The translations under genes were made by a program, and so were the position numbers. Positions 18,197 through 27,195 of a stretch of 64,000 nt of DNA are shown in pieces. This DNA comes from an uncultured virus (IMG/VR IMGVR_UViG_3300035145_003630). Its lineage: Duplodnaviria > Heunggongvirae > Uroviricota > Caudoviricetes. Within the stretch, counting starts at the first letter, position 1, and every line of letters starts with the position of its first letter. Under the pieces are notes generated by a model. The model saw nothing but the letters and a program-made list of their open reading frames with translations, was not told where the DNA came from and did not search any database. The stretch lies in IMG/VR virus record IMGVR_UViG_3300035145_003630. One strand, given 5' to 3'.

Positions 18197-18880
18197 TTAG
18201 TTATAGGTATATGGATTTGTTTTTTTACCATTAACTTTGAAAGTCCAATGTAAGTGTGGACCCGTTGTGTTACCAGCACCAGGTTCATATTCTGTATTTG
18301 AACCATATTTTTTACCACCACCAGTAAATCCAATTAGGTCACCTTTTTTAACCTTACCGTCATAAGGTACTTGACGACTTCTAAGGTGACAGAATCTTGA
18401 GTACAACGTTTTACCATCAACTTCACCAGTCAAATCAATACCATTACCACATGAATCATTATCCACTTCAGTGAACGTCCCATCATAAGGAGCAAATAAA
18501 GCTGTTCCAACATTTACAGCTATATCACAAGCATCATGATAACCCCCTTTTCCTTTATTATAATACTGTCTCCATTGGTGATAATAGTTACATTTACCAG
18601 GATTTTTTAATGGAGAACTAATTTTATCTCCACTTTTCCAACTATGAGAGGAACCTCCACTTGATGAACTATTGGATTGAGATACGGTATTTAATTTACA
18701 CTTAAAGTAACTTTTACCGTTAATAACCACTTGGTCTAAATCACTATCCCCACAACCACCATTTGCTTTAGCTGCGTCTTTGGTACGTTTCCAACCCTGG
18801 TCTCTCGCATCAATTGCCGTGGTCGGTCTTTGTTGTTCACTGATAATACCACCAAGTATTTTTATAAAATCCATACTCAT
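18197..18880 (-). CDS. M23 family peptidase (peptidoglycan hydrolase)
   Basis: HDACD, FCHL, GNTTGPHLHW, NP motifs. Confidence 0.88.
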   Translation of the reverse strand: MSMDFIKILGGIISEQQRPTTAIDARDQGWKRTKDAAKANGGCGDSDLDQVVINGKSYFKCKLNTVSQSNSSSSGGSSHSWKSGDKISSPLKNPGKCNYYHQWRQYYNKGKGGYHDACDIAVNVGTALFAPYDGTFTEVDNDSCGNGIDLTGEVDGKTLYSRFCHLRSRQVPYDGKVKKGDLIGFTGGGKKYGSNTEYEPGAGNTTGPHLHWTFKVNGKKTNPYTYN

Positions 18881-19006
18881 AAATATCATGGAAATAAAAA
18901 AGGTGGAGAAAAACTCTCCACCTTTGGGGCCGACACGGTCATACGTGAGGTCGGCTACTCCACCACCCTTTCGGGAAATAAATGATAATCTAATTCACTC
19001 AACAAA

Positions 19007-19621
19007 TCAAGATTCACCATTATCTTTTTGAACCATTTCACCCGGCTCATCATACAAACCCATCTCTTGGTCCATACTCATCATATCACTCAAGATTATC
19101 TCTCTTTCTTGTTTGGTAACAATAGGTGTGTTTACCCATTCTAATACTTCTTCATCCAATAAACTTTCGGAAGAATACGATAGACCCCACATCTCACCAT
19201 CTTCATCAATCAAGTATTTGAAAAAATTCCACTTCGCTTCAAAGTCATAACCATATTGTGTGGAACCTTCATTGGTGTATTGTAACCAATGCCACAACTC
19301 AGAGTCCTTTAGAACAGTTTTATTCATCAGATGGACATTGGAGTAATCTAATACCCCATAACCGTCACAAAACGTCTTAATCTGTTCATCTGTTCCTGGC
19401 TCTTGTTCTCCAAAATCATTTGATGGATACAACCATACAGTGACTTTATCTTTATCTACAGTTTCCAAAAATTGTTTGAGGTCCTTATAGTTTTTTTCTG
19501 TATATCCACATTCTGAAGCCACATTGATAATGATATGTCTCGTCTTGAGGACTTCAGGATAAATCATACTTCCTTCTGAAGTGATATATACCCTATCAAA
19601 AAAGTTTTTTACACCTTCCAT
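19007..19621 (-). CDS. glutathione peroxidase family protein (Cys type)
   Basis: NVASECGYT, PSNDFGEQEPG, WNFFKYLID. Confidence 0.9.
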   Translation of the reverse strand: MEGVKNFFDRVYITSEGSMIYPEVLKTRHIIINVASECGYTEKNYKDLKQFLETVDKDKVTVWLYPSNDFGEQEPGTDEQIKTFCDGYGVLDYSNVHLMNKTVLKDSELWHWLQYTNEGSTQYGYDFEAKWNFFKYLIDEDGEMWGLSYSSESLLDEEVLEWVNTPIVTKQEREIILSDMMSMDQEMGLYDEPGEMVQKDNGES

Positions 19622-19803
19622 TTACCTAATAATTTTTCGATTTCTTCATTGAACGCATCATCAACCGTTCTACATTCTCTAATACCATAAGCATTACCAT
19701 CAGTAGTGTAAATGACAACATCACCATCAAACCTTTCAATCTCCTGAATCTCTTTGATTTCCTTTGTCTCAGGAATCACAACACTACCACCAACCTTATA
19801 CAT
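19609..19803 (-). CDS. hypothetical protein
   Basis: 64-aa ORF coupled to neighbours. Confidence 0.6.
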   Translation of the reverse strand: MYKVGGSVVIPETKEIKEIQEIERFDGDVVIYTTDGNAYGIRECRTVDDAFNEEIEKLLGKWKV

Positions 19804-20078
19804 TACTCCTCCATCTTAGATTTACGGACAGCGTACTGGCCCAAAGTCAATTCCTCCTGAGGTTTAGTATTACCCAAGATGATGGATTGACGAAGAAGTT
19901 CGTAAGGAACATGAACGTAGAAATCACGACCGTTGAAGAACGATAGGTCCTGTTTCAACTCCACACAAGAATGAACCATCTGAAGGAACAACTTAAACTG
20001 AACCTCGTCATTATAGAAGTCGTTCAATAGTTCTCCAAATTGTGGGTGAATGATTTTGATGTTTCTTTCTAATACCAT
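19803..20078 (-). CDS. hypothetical protein
   Basis: start set at ATG 20078, downstream of TATCTTTG (-7 box, 20099-20106). Confidence 0.7.
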   Translation of the reverse strand: MVLERNIKIIHPQFGELLNDFYNDEVQFKLFLQMVHSCVELKQDLSFFNGRDFYVHVPYELLRQSIILGNTKPQEELTLGQYAVRKSKMEE

Positions 20079-20139
20079 AATTGTCTTTATTTGTTTTACA
20101 AAGATAAGAAATATTTTGTTACCAAACAACTACGAGCAT

Positions 20140-20169
20140 AAAAAAACCTCGGTGGGTTAGCACCGAGGT
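20140..20169 (-). terminator. intrinsic terminator of the large ncRNA
   Basis: minus strand CCTCGGTG-ctaacc-CACCGAGG-TTTTTT. Confidence 0.8.
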
Positions 20170-20174
20170 CAAGG

Positions 20175-21045
20175 AAGGTATATGAGGTATAGAACGCTGA
20201 GACTACACGTTTATGTGACCTGTCTTTCGTGAGATTACCCTAATAGTCGGTTGCTCACATTGTCCACAATAGTTGCCTATCGTATCAAGTCAGTGTCGGT
20301 TACTTACGTTAACCACTCGTATTCGTTAACAACTACTCAACTACTACTTAACTCTGTTGAACCTTGCGAGTTCATGAAGGGATGGCCGTCCCAACAGGTC
20401 TTTTGTAATTGACATTGAAAGACTTGCGGTCTATCAATGACTCCGTTAGTTTACACTCGGAGTTTTAGACACCTTTCGTTGTCAACGCCCGAAGACTCTT
20501 GCTTGTCATTTAATTTTCAATCCCTTGGTTCAGGACTATTGTTATTAAATTAGCAATTTATGGAAAAAGGAAAGATGTGCTTCGGGAGAAGGTCCGTTCC
20601 TTTGGAGAACAGAATGCTTCACACCTCTCTGTAAGTCTGCAAACTTACGGTCAGTCAGGACTTCGTAGACTTACACGTCTCGGAAACCCATCAGACTGGT
20701 ACCCAGCCCTACGACACCTTGCAGGGTGTGTCGAACCGTCACCTGTAGCTTTTCCTGTTGATGTCACCATCTCAACTCTGATATTCCACGGACTCAGAGT
20801 AACCTCTTCCCCCCAGCAGTTGCCCTCGGGGAATCGGCCGTAGCCACTTTGTTTAGTTGTCAGCCTCACGACTGCGAACATTCACGGTGTACTAATCCCG
20901 CTTCAGTCCCTTTAGTCCCCTCACAGGGGTTATCTAACGACGCTAAACCGCCGTGTCTGTCTATGCCCAACTCCTTTGGAAAGGATAATCTCCGAAGAGA
21001 AAATACAAAAGTCGGTCCATAAACATGACCAATATTTCAAAGAAC
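20175..21045 (-). ncRNA. large structured noncoding RNA, GOLLD-like
   Basis: no credible ORF, raised GC, many stems capped by GNRA/UUCG loops on the minus strand, two domains joined by an AU-rich linker, own promoter and terminator; family assignment from size/architecture only. Confidence 0.7.
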
Positions 21046-21050
21046 TTTGA

Positions 21051-21082
21051 CAAATCTAAAACATATTTTTGGAAGTGTCAAA
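21051..21082 (-). promoter_or_regulatory. Bacteroidota-type housekeeping promoter for the ncRNA
   Basis: minus strand TTTG-N20-TAGATTTG matches the -33/-7 consensus TTTG...TAnnTTTG. Confidence 0.75.
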
Positions 21083-21281
21083 TTATTTTAACAAATTTTT
21101 CTGATAAAATCAGTAGGGTAAAGTATAAATATTCCCTTATCTGTCAAAAGTTATACGAAGATAATAAAAAAAACTGCTCGGTCAAGCAGTTTTCTTAATT
21201 TTTTTAGATATTTCCTTTACTAAGTAACCCATTGGGTTATAAGATAGTTTGAAATACCCTGTATGTTTCCTTAGTGGCTCG

Positions 21282-21497
21282 TTAGATTGCCATACCCTTT
21301 TCATCGAAATTTGCTTTAAGTGCTTTTAATTTTCCACCAGCAGATTCGATTCTTCCGACCATCTTGTCCATTTCTTCCAAGTGTTGAGGGTGTTCACCGA
21401 TACCAACTGAATTGTTGAAGTAAACTTCTAAGGTTGCCTTTGCTTCTAAAAGGTCTGCTTCGTATTTTGCTACGAGGGCTTGATACATTAAACTCAT
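21282..21497 (-). CDS. small conserved phage protein
   Basis: VGIGEHP motif in helical protein. Confidence 0.75.
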   Translation of the reverse strand: MSLMYQALVAKYEADLLEAKATLEVYFNNSVGIGEHPQHLEEMDKMVGRIESAGGKLKALKANFDEKGMAI

Positions 21498-21901
21498 TTT
21501 AAGATTATATTTAGTAATTTATTAAATTGTTCCGTCATTGGAGAAGGTAACTCGTCTTTTCCGAAGTAACCACATTCTGTATGTTCATCACCGTCCTTAG
21601 CTTTATCTAAATCAGGATATACTTCTTCTTCACAATCATAAAGGTAACAATACATCTCACCTTTAATCTTACTACCGTCTCTATTGGTTCGCTTAATTAT
21701 ACCACAAAACTCTGGCGTTTTCAATAGTTTGATGTTAGTTTCTTCAAAAAACTCCCTCATCGCACCTTTCAATGGTTCTTCACCTTCTTCAACACTACCA
21801 GCAGGACACGACCAATGACCAGGTAATGAGCCTTCAGCATTTCTTTTACATAACAATACCTTATTGTTACACCTTACAATTACTCCTCCGTATTTATTCA
21901 T
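21494..21901 (-). CDS. Nudix hydrolase
   Basis: Nudix box GSVEEGEEPLKGAMREFFEETNI; start set at ATG 21901. Confidence 0.9.
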   Translation of the reverse strand: MNKYGGVIVRCNNKVLLCKRNAEGSLPGHWSCPAGSVEEGEEPLKGAMREFFEETNIKLLKTPEFCGIIKRTNRDGSKIKGEMYCYLYDCEEEVYPDLDKAKDGDEHTECGYFGKDELPSPMTEQFNKLLNIILK

Positions 21902-21930
21902 ATTATGATTGTTTAGATATTTATAAGTAT

Positions 21931-22290
21931 ATGAAAGTTTCAATAGGAAATACAGATATCAAAGTTAAACTTTGTGTTACCAAAGAAGCCATCACCAAAG
22001 GAATGCAAGGACAGCGTTTTAATGATGAGTTTCAAGGTATGTATTTCTTGATGCCAACCAAAGGGGAACAATCGTTTTGGATGTTTGATTGTATCGTTCC
22101 TTTGGATATTATTTTTATCAATAACGACGAAGTAGATACCATCCACGAAAATTGTCCTATCTGTAAAAATGAGTTGGAATGTGAATCTTATACTGGTTAT
22201 GGTGATAAAGTATTGGAACTACCAGCAGGTATGACAAAACAATTGGGTATAAAAAAAGGAGACAAAGTCTCCTTCTCATTATTTAATTAA
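21931..22290 (+). CDS. DUF192 family protein
   Basis: GM..GMYF...FWM...PLDIIF...VLELPAG...GD; start ATG 21931 after TATTTATA. Confidence 0.85.
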   Translation: MKVSIGNTDIKVKLCVTKEAITKGMQGQRFNDEFQGMYFLMPTKGEQSFWMFDCIVPLDIIFINNDEVDTIHENCPICKNELECESYTGYGDKVLELPAGMTKQLGIKKGDKVSFSLFN

Positions 22291-24459
22291 TTCATTTAAT
22301 TTTTTTGAGGTTTCAATACCTACAATACCATCGACTTGAAGGTCATAATCTCTTTGTAACTTTTTAATCGCTTTTTTGGTCATACTACCAAATTGACCGT
22401 CAACCCCATTACCTTCATCACCAAAGGTTCCTAAGTCATATCCGTTGTCAACGAGAATCTGTTGAATTTGTTCAACCCCTTTTCCTGAAGACCCACTCGA
22501 AATTAATTCACTATTATCACCATTATCAATGATGTCAGAAATAGTTAAATTTCTTTTGACGACATCACTTACTTTCTTTTCTTTTGGTTTGTCATCAGTA
22601 ACATGAGAAACGTGAAGATGGTCTTTGTGTGAACCGTCAGGCATGTACCAAAGGACCGCTTTCGGATTTCTACTACCTTCTGAATTTCTATTATATCCTA
22701 AAGATTCCAATGCGGCACACAATCTGTCACCCGCAACCTTGAAACCTTCACGGTTACGTCTTCTACTTTGAAGTTTTGTCTCTTCAGGATTATCCAAATC
22801 TTGTAACCTTGAAAGGTCTACCGCCATTTCTCTCCAGTGTCTACTAATATTACCACTCTTTGTAGTTTTGCCGTGACCTTTTTTAGCGTAACTAATTTCT
22901 ACGTTTACGTTAGCCATTTTAGCAGCAGTTGCAATGTCATCAAGTAACGGTTGAGGGATGTAATCATCTTGAGCTCGACTATTTACACTAATGTTTGAAT
23001 AAGCCTCATCACCCACTCTCATCATATCTTCTTTAACAACCTGTTCACCACCTTTAGATTGGTCAATCTTTTCTCTTAATCTTCTATAGAACTCCTGTCC
23101 TATCATCTTAGCGAACTTAACGTATGGTGCATCTCCACCACCTCTGTTATATTTGTATCCACCTTGAGGAGGTCTGTTACTTCTACCAAAGTAGTTAAGA
23201 GCTGAAATGTTTGTAATACATTTGTGACCACCTGAGTTTGCTTGAATCATCTCCCAAGCAGGAACACCTAACTTATCCAACACTTTCATTTCATCTTCAC
23301 TCAACTCAGAGAAGTTCTTATCCATAATTTGTTTTAGGTTTTCCATATACTGGTCACCACCTTCCATTCCTCTAATCTTCTTACCGTAGAACGCTTCCAA
23401 ATCTGCATTTGTGAAACCTACAGAATCATTACCAAATTGTTTACTACTCTCAGAAATCCATTTGATGGTTGATAAAGGAATAATCTTCTCTCTTAATTTA
23501 GGTTCCCACTTAGCCAATACTTCTTGAGCAATCTCACCTAAGTTCACACCTTTCAACTCTCTTTCTTTTTTGAATGGGTTACATGATGCTTGAACCAATC
23601 CCATCGGCCAAACTGTAATTAAGAAGTCTGCTTCAGGATGTAATTCAAATGGTGTATATCTATCGTATGAACCTGGTTTGAACATCTTACCTCCACCGTA
23701 TTGGTAAATGATTCCATCTTTATAATTAAGGTTCGGGTCTTGATTTCTCTGTTCAATATAATCTTCTTGATTTGCAGCCATCATCAACGGAGACGCATAG
23801 TTTTCTCTATCAGCAATTCTTCTAATGTTTTGGAAGATGTTCAATAATGAAGGTTTTGATGTCATCACCAACTCCTCCATAAAACCAGGCTTGTTCTTAT
23901 AAGCCAACATCAATTTGTTCGCCGCCAAACCTAAAGCCATTTTATTCTTTTGTAGTGACTTATCTTTATCTAATCTAAAGATGAAGTTCATAATATCTTT
24001 TGGTTTCAATCCATACTTGGCAAAGTCTGCAGAGTCCACAGTTGAAATCAAAGTAATATCATCAGCAGGGAAGATGTCCTTTGGTGACATCACATCTGAG
24101 ATTGTGGCAACGTTTGAACGTGAAGGTCTAAATGATGTGGCAGTATCACCTTCAACACCACTTTGACTGTCGTGGTGGTCAGTGTGGATAACGAACATTG
24201 GTTTACCGTGAGCAAAGTCAACTAAGACTGGCATCGTATCACCTGTGGCGTCTTGTTTCTTAACAGCAAACTCTTTATCACCGTATTGGATAATCTCAGC
24301 ATCAACAACTTTGATACCATTATCTTCCAAATAATTCTTCATCGCCAAAGCCGTTGTTACCCCATCCAAATCTTGGTGGAAGTAAATCTTTGCCTTTGGA
24401 TATCTTTTGGATAACTCACCAATGTTACGTAAACCCGTTTCTTTTAATAATGTTTTCAT
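22279..24459 (-). CDS. fusion: DHH-like phosphoesterase, M15-like peptidase and peptidoglycan-binding domain
   Basis: HQDLDG, VDFAH, TDHH, SGGH; SRHW..AVD...HKDHLHVS; GVDGQFG..T..AIKKLQ...VDGIVG. Confidence 0.7.
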   Translation of the reverse strand: MKTLLKETGLRNIGELSKRYPKAKIYFHQDLDGVTTALAMKNYLEDNGIKVVDAEIIQYGDKEFAVKKQDATGDTMPVLVDFAHGKPMFVIHTDHHDSQSGVEGDTATSFRPSRSNVATISDVMSPKDIFPADDITLISTVDSADFAKYGLKPKDIMNFIFRLDKDKSLQKNKMALGLAANKLMLAYKNKPGFMEELVMTSKPSLLNIFQNIRRIADRENYASPLMMAANQEDYIEQRNQDPNLNYKDGIIYQYGGGKMFKPGSYDRYTPFELHPEADFLITVWPMGLVQASCNPFKKERELKGVNLGEIAQEVLAKWEPKLREKIIPLSTIKWISESSKQFGNDSVGFTNADLEAFYGKKIRGMEGGDQYMENLKQIMDKNFSELSEDEMKVLDKLGVPAWEMIQANSGGHKCITNISALNYFGRSNRPPQGGYKYNRGGGDAPYVKFAKMIGQEFYRRLREKIDQSKGGEQVVKEDMMRVGDEAYSNISVNSRAQDDYIPQPLLDDIATAAKMANVNVEISYAKKGHGKTTKSGNISRHWREMAVDLSRLQDLDNPEETKLQSRRRNREGFKVAGDRLCAALESLGYNRNSEGSRNPKAVLWYMPDGSHKDHLHVSHVTDDKPKEKKVSDVVKRNLTISDIIDNGDNSELISSGSSGKGVEQIQQILVDNGYDLGTFGDEGNGVDGQFGSMTKKAIKKLQRDYDLQVDGIVGIETSKKLNELIK

Positions 24460-24461
24460 AA

Positions 24462-24875
24462 TCAATTACTAAATGGTCCTTTTGCAGTATATTGTATAAT
24501 ATCACCCTTTCTAAAATTATCTTTCAAATTTTTACACAACGGGTTCAATCTTTGTAAGTCTTGGTCTGTTTTACCTTGGAATTCGTTGAAAGTGTCACCA
24601 TCACCAATTTGATGTAAAAATCTTGTTGGTCTATCGTTCAAACCTATATAACCAGTTTTCGCTATTTCTTGAGTTAGGAAATCCTTAGTAAAACAATATC
24701 TCTCACCAGCCCCTGTTGGTTTTGGACCGTTAGCTAATAATATGTCAGCTCCTTTTTTATGTTGTGGCATTATTTTAACGTTGTCTTGTTCTGTGAGGTA
24801 TTGTTTTTCAGTTGCATTTATGTGCATACCTAATATTCTCGATTTTTCAGATTCGTCTATCCTAAATTTTTTCAT
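24462..24875 (-). CDS. hypothetical protein with LysM-like C-terminus
   Basis: HQIGDGDTF...LQRLNP...GDII; N-terminal IDESEKSRILGMH. Confidence 0.6.
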   Translation of the reverse strand: MKKFRIDESEKSRILGMHINATEKQYLTEQDNVKIMPQHKKGADILLANGPKPTGAGERYCFTKDFLTQEIAKTGYIGLNDRPTRFLHQIGDGDTFNEFQGKTDQDLQRLNPLCKNLKDNFRKGDIIQYTAKGPFSN

Positions 24876-24920
24876 AATAAAAAACGTTTACTATAAATAT
24901 ACTGTTAAAGAAAAAACCCC

Positions 24921-25091
24921 TTATCTCGAAGGGGTTTCATTTGTCAAAGACATACTACAAGCCAAGATGTTATCAAACCACACTCTCTGTGGTCCACTGA
25001 GTTTGTTCTTTTCGTACCACCTTACCTCGTTATCTGTTGTGGTGATTATCAAAGTCTCACCATCAATAACTTTAATGTTTTGTATGCTCAT
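24921..25091 (-). CDS. 56-aa hypothetical protein
   Basis: manual translation MSIQNIKVIDGETL...; overlaps MTase end. Confidence 0.55.
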   Translation of the reverse strand: MSIQNIKVIDGETLIITTTDNEVRWYEKNKLSGPQRVWFDNILACSMSLTNETPSR

Positions 25092-25956
25092 CTAATACAA
25101 TTTCTAACTGCTGCTGTTCCAGTTTATACTCTTGGAGTCTCTCTTTGGCAACCTCACAGTAGTTCTTTGATATGTCACATCCCAACCATGGTCGTCCTAA
25201 CATCTCAGCGGCTAAACATGTTGTTCCTGAACCGTTGAAGGGGTCAAATACCAAATCTTCTTTGTAAGACATAATCTTAATTGCTCTGTATGGAATGTCC
25301 AAGGAGAAGGTCGCCTTAGTCTTTTGTTGAGTATCTGCAAAGTAGTTCCATTGACCAAAAACCAAAGACATAAAGTCTTTCTTATCTTTCTCATCATAAA
25401 CCAACTTCTTTCTGAACTCACCCTCAATCTTCTCATTAGGAACCATTTGGTATTCACCTTCCCATTGAGGTGTACCTTTTACTTGCTTCTTTGGAAGATT
25501 CTTATAGGCTAAGATAACACACTCTTTTGGATTGTAGATGTATGGTGCCGATGGACTCATCCAACTTCCCCACGCCGTTGTCTTACTTCTGTGTGGTGAG
25601 CTCTCCTCCAAATCCACAAGACCGAAGAACCCAAAACCCAGTTGTTTCATCACCATCCAAATCTCCGCAGAGAAATAGATACGCCCACCTTTCTTCTGAC
25701 GGTTAATCTCATAGGGAATGTTTACCGCGATACGACCATCATCTCTTAAGACTCTGTAAGCAGCACTCAACCACTCACGAGTGAACCTCATATACTCGTC
25801 AAAGTATTTATCGTCATCCCATGAATCATAATCGATACCAACACCATAAGGTGGTGAGGTAACAATCAAGTCCACTGACTTCTCAGGCATTTCATTCATA
25901 AACTTCACCGTATCTGAACAGTGAATGTCTCCAATCAATTCTTTCATTTCTTTCAT
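25072..25956 (-). CDS. beta-class amino-methyltransferase (N4-cytosine/N6-adenine DNA MTase)
   Basis: motif IV TSPPY before motif I DPFNGSGTT. Confidence 0.92.
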   Translation of the reverse strand: MKEMKELIGDIHCSDTVKFMNEMPEKSVDLIVTSPPYGVGIDYDSWDDDKYFDEYMRFTREWLSAAYRVLRDDGRIAVNIPYEINRQKKGGRIYFSAEIWMVMKQLGFGFFGLVDLEESSPHRSKTTAWGSWMSPSAPYIYNPKECVILAYKNLPKKQVKGTPQWEGEYQMVPNEKIEGEFRKKLVYDEKDKKDFMSLVFGQWNYFADTQQKTKATFSLDIPYRAIKIMSYKEDLVFDPFNGSGTTCLAAEMLGRPWLGCDISKNYCEVAKERLQEYKLEQQQLEIVLDEHTKH

Positions 25957-26129
25957 TCTCCTCCGTTAAAAAATCCTGTTAGGAACACCATAAGGGAAAT
26001 CGGCCATAATGTAATGACAAATAGTCTTTCACCGAATGTGAATCTTTCACCAGCAACTTTACCGACAATCATCTCTAAAAGAAATGCTACGACTACTCCG
26101 ATGAATAGATAGTTCATTAATATCGCCAT
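25953..26129 (-). CDS. 58-aa 2-TM membrane protein
   Basis: manual translation MAILMNYLFIGVVVAF...LWPISL; overlaps both neighbours. Confidence 0.55.
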   Translation of the reverse strand: MAILMNYLFIGVVVAFLLEMIVGKVAGERFTFGERLFVITLWPISLMVFLTGFFNGGE

Positions 26130-26350
26130 TATTCCATTGTTTTAATTCTGCGTTCCAAATACCATAACGCTTTTTTCAAATCTTGTAAAGGTGGATTGTC
26201 ATCTTTCTTTCCACTTCTGACGATATATTTCAATACATTGAAGAGGTAGGCATCTTTATCAATACCTGTTGCTTCAGCAATCTTTACTACCTCATACGGA
26301 TTCTCTTCCCCACCGTAATGGTCGGGATGGTTCACCAATTCTTTACTCAT
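26129..26350 (-). CDS. DUF3310 family phage protein
   Basis: VNHPDHY...NVLKYI.R.GKK...DLKKALWYL. Confidence 0.88.
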   Translation of the reverse strand: MSKELVNHPDHYGGEENPYEVVKIAEATGIDKDAYLFNVLKYIVRSGKKDDNPPLQDLKKALWYLERRIKTME

Positions 26351-26351
26351 C

Positions 26352-26546
26352 TTAATCTTGATTTTTTAGTTTATAGTAACCATCGAACTTTGATAACTCA
26401 AATAGACCCATCTCAATTCCACGGTCGATAACTTCTTGGGTTTCTTTTAGAGTCTTTTTAAGAATGTACTTAGCTAAGTAAGTAATGTGAATTGGTCGTC
26501 TCATCTTCGGAGCTAACAATTCGAAATCAGATTTTTGTCTATGCAT
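26352..26546 (-). CDS. small hypothetical protein
   Basis: ORF in tight run. Confidence 0.6.
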   Translation of the reverse strand: MHRQKSDFELLAPKMRRPIHITYLAKYILKKTLKETQEVIDRGIEMGLFELSKFDGYYKLKNQD

Positions 26547-26718
26547 TTTCTAACTTTTTTAAGATTTGTTCTTTTGAATGTCCTTGTTGGAATAACTCAA
26601 CAAATTCAGAAGACCATATATCCATAATTAACGCGTCAGCATTGAAAAGTCGTGGTAAATCTCTCTCTTCTACCCTGCAAATTAACTCTTTTGTTAAAAA
26701 TCTTTTGTTGAAACCCAT
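26539..26718 (-). CDS. 59-aa hypothetical protein
   Basis: manual translation MGFNKRFLTKE...; fills gap. Confidence 0.55.
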   Translation of the reverse strand: MGFNKRFLTKELICRVEERDLPRLFNADALIMDIWSSEFVELFQQGHSKEQILKKLENA

Positions 26719-27101
26719 TTATGTTCTGAATTAAGTCTAACTGATGTTATATATTCCATGTTCCACTCTCGTGGAGATATCAAAGATAAGAAATATTTTC
26801 CATTATTTCTAATATACAAATGATAAATTTCACCAATGACAGGTTCGAAAGAATAATTCGAGTTATAAATCATTTCATTAAGTTCTACTTCACTGATGAG
26901 ATGGTTATATTCGTCAACCAATTCTTTATATTTTGCACTGAAAGTCTTTTGAACTCTGTTAACACCCCTTTCTTTGAATGCACCAACATCATCTAACTTG
27001 ATGACTGGCCCACTAACATTAGTGGAGTAGGGTAATAAAGAAGCGTTGTACTTTTGGAGTTTTTCATCCCAAGCAACATTATCTGGCTTCTTCGACTTCA
27101 T
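26694..27101 (-). CDS. DUF2452-like protein
   Basis: LLPY.TNVSGPVI...SFEPVIGEIYHLY...FLSLISP.EW. Confidence 0.75.
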   Translation of the reverse strand: MKSKKPDNVAWDEKLQKYNASLLPYSTNVSGPVIKLDDVGAFKERGVNRVQKTFSAKYKELVDEYNHLISEVELNEMIYNSNYSFEPVIGEIYHLYIRNNGKYFLSLISPREWNMEYITSVRLNSEHKWVSTKDF

Positions 27102-27192
27102 AAATGTAGGCTCTGATTTTTCCACCCAACTCTAAATCATTTGGTGTCTCTTTTACTAATTGGTAAATCTTTTCTGTGTCAATGTTTTCCAT
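27079..27192 (-). CDS. 37-aa hypothetical protein
   Basis: manual translation ...ETPNDLELGGKIR. Confidence 0.5.
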   Translation of the reverse strand: MENIDTEKIYQLVKETPNDLELGGKIRAYIYEVEEAR

Positions 27193-27195
27193 AGT

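Noticed and set aside
19007..19621. Selenocysteine GPx with a downstream SECIS
   Set aside because: The active-site codon is TGT (Cys) and there is no in-frame TGA.
20577..20881. Short ORFs 20577..20843 (+) and 20651..20881 (-)
   Set aside because: They have atypical composition and non-ATG starts, and are better explained as part of the structured RNA.
20175..21045. rRNA fragment, tRNA cluster, tmRNA, RNase P or self-splicing intron
   Set aside because: I found no recognisable universal motifs of these classes. The element has its own promoter and terminator and interrupts no gene. A covariance search is still needed.
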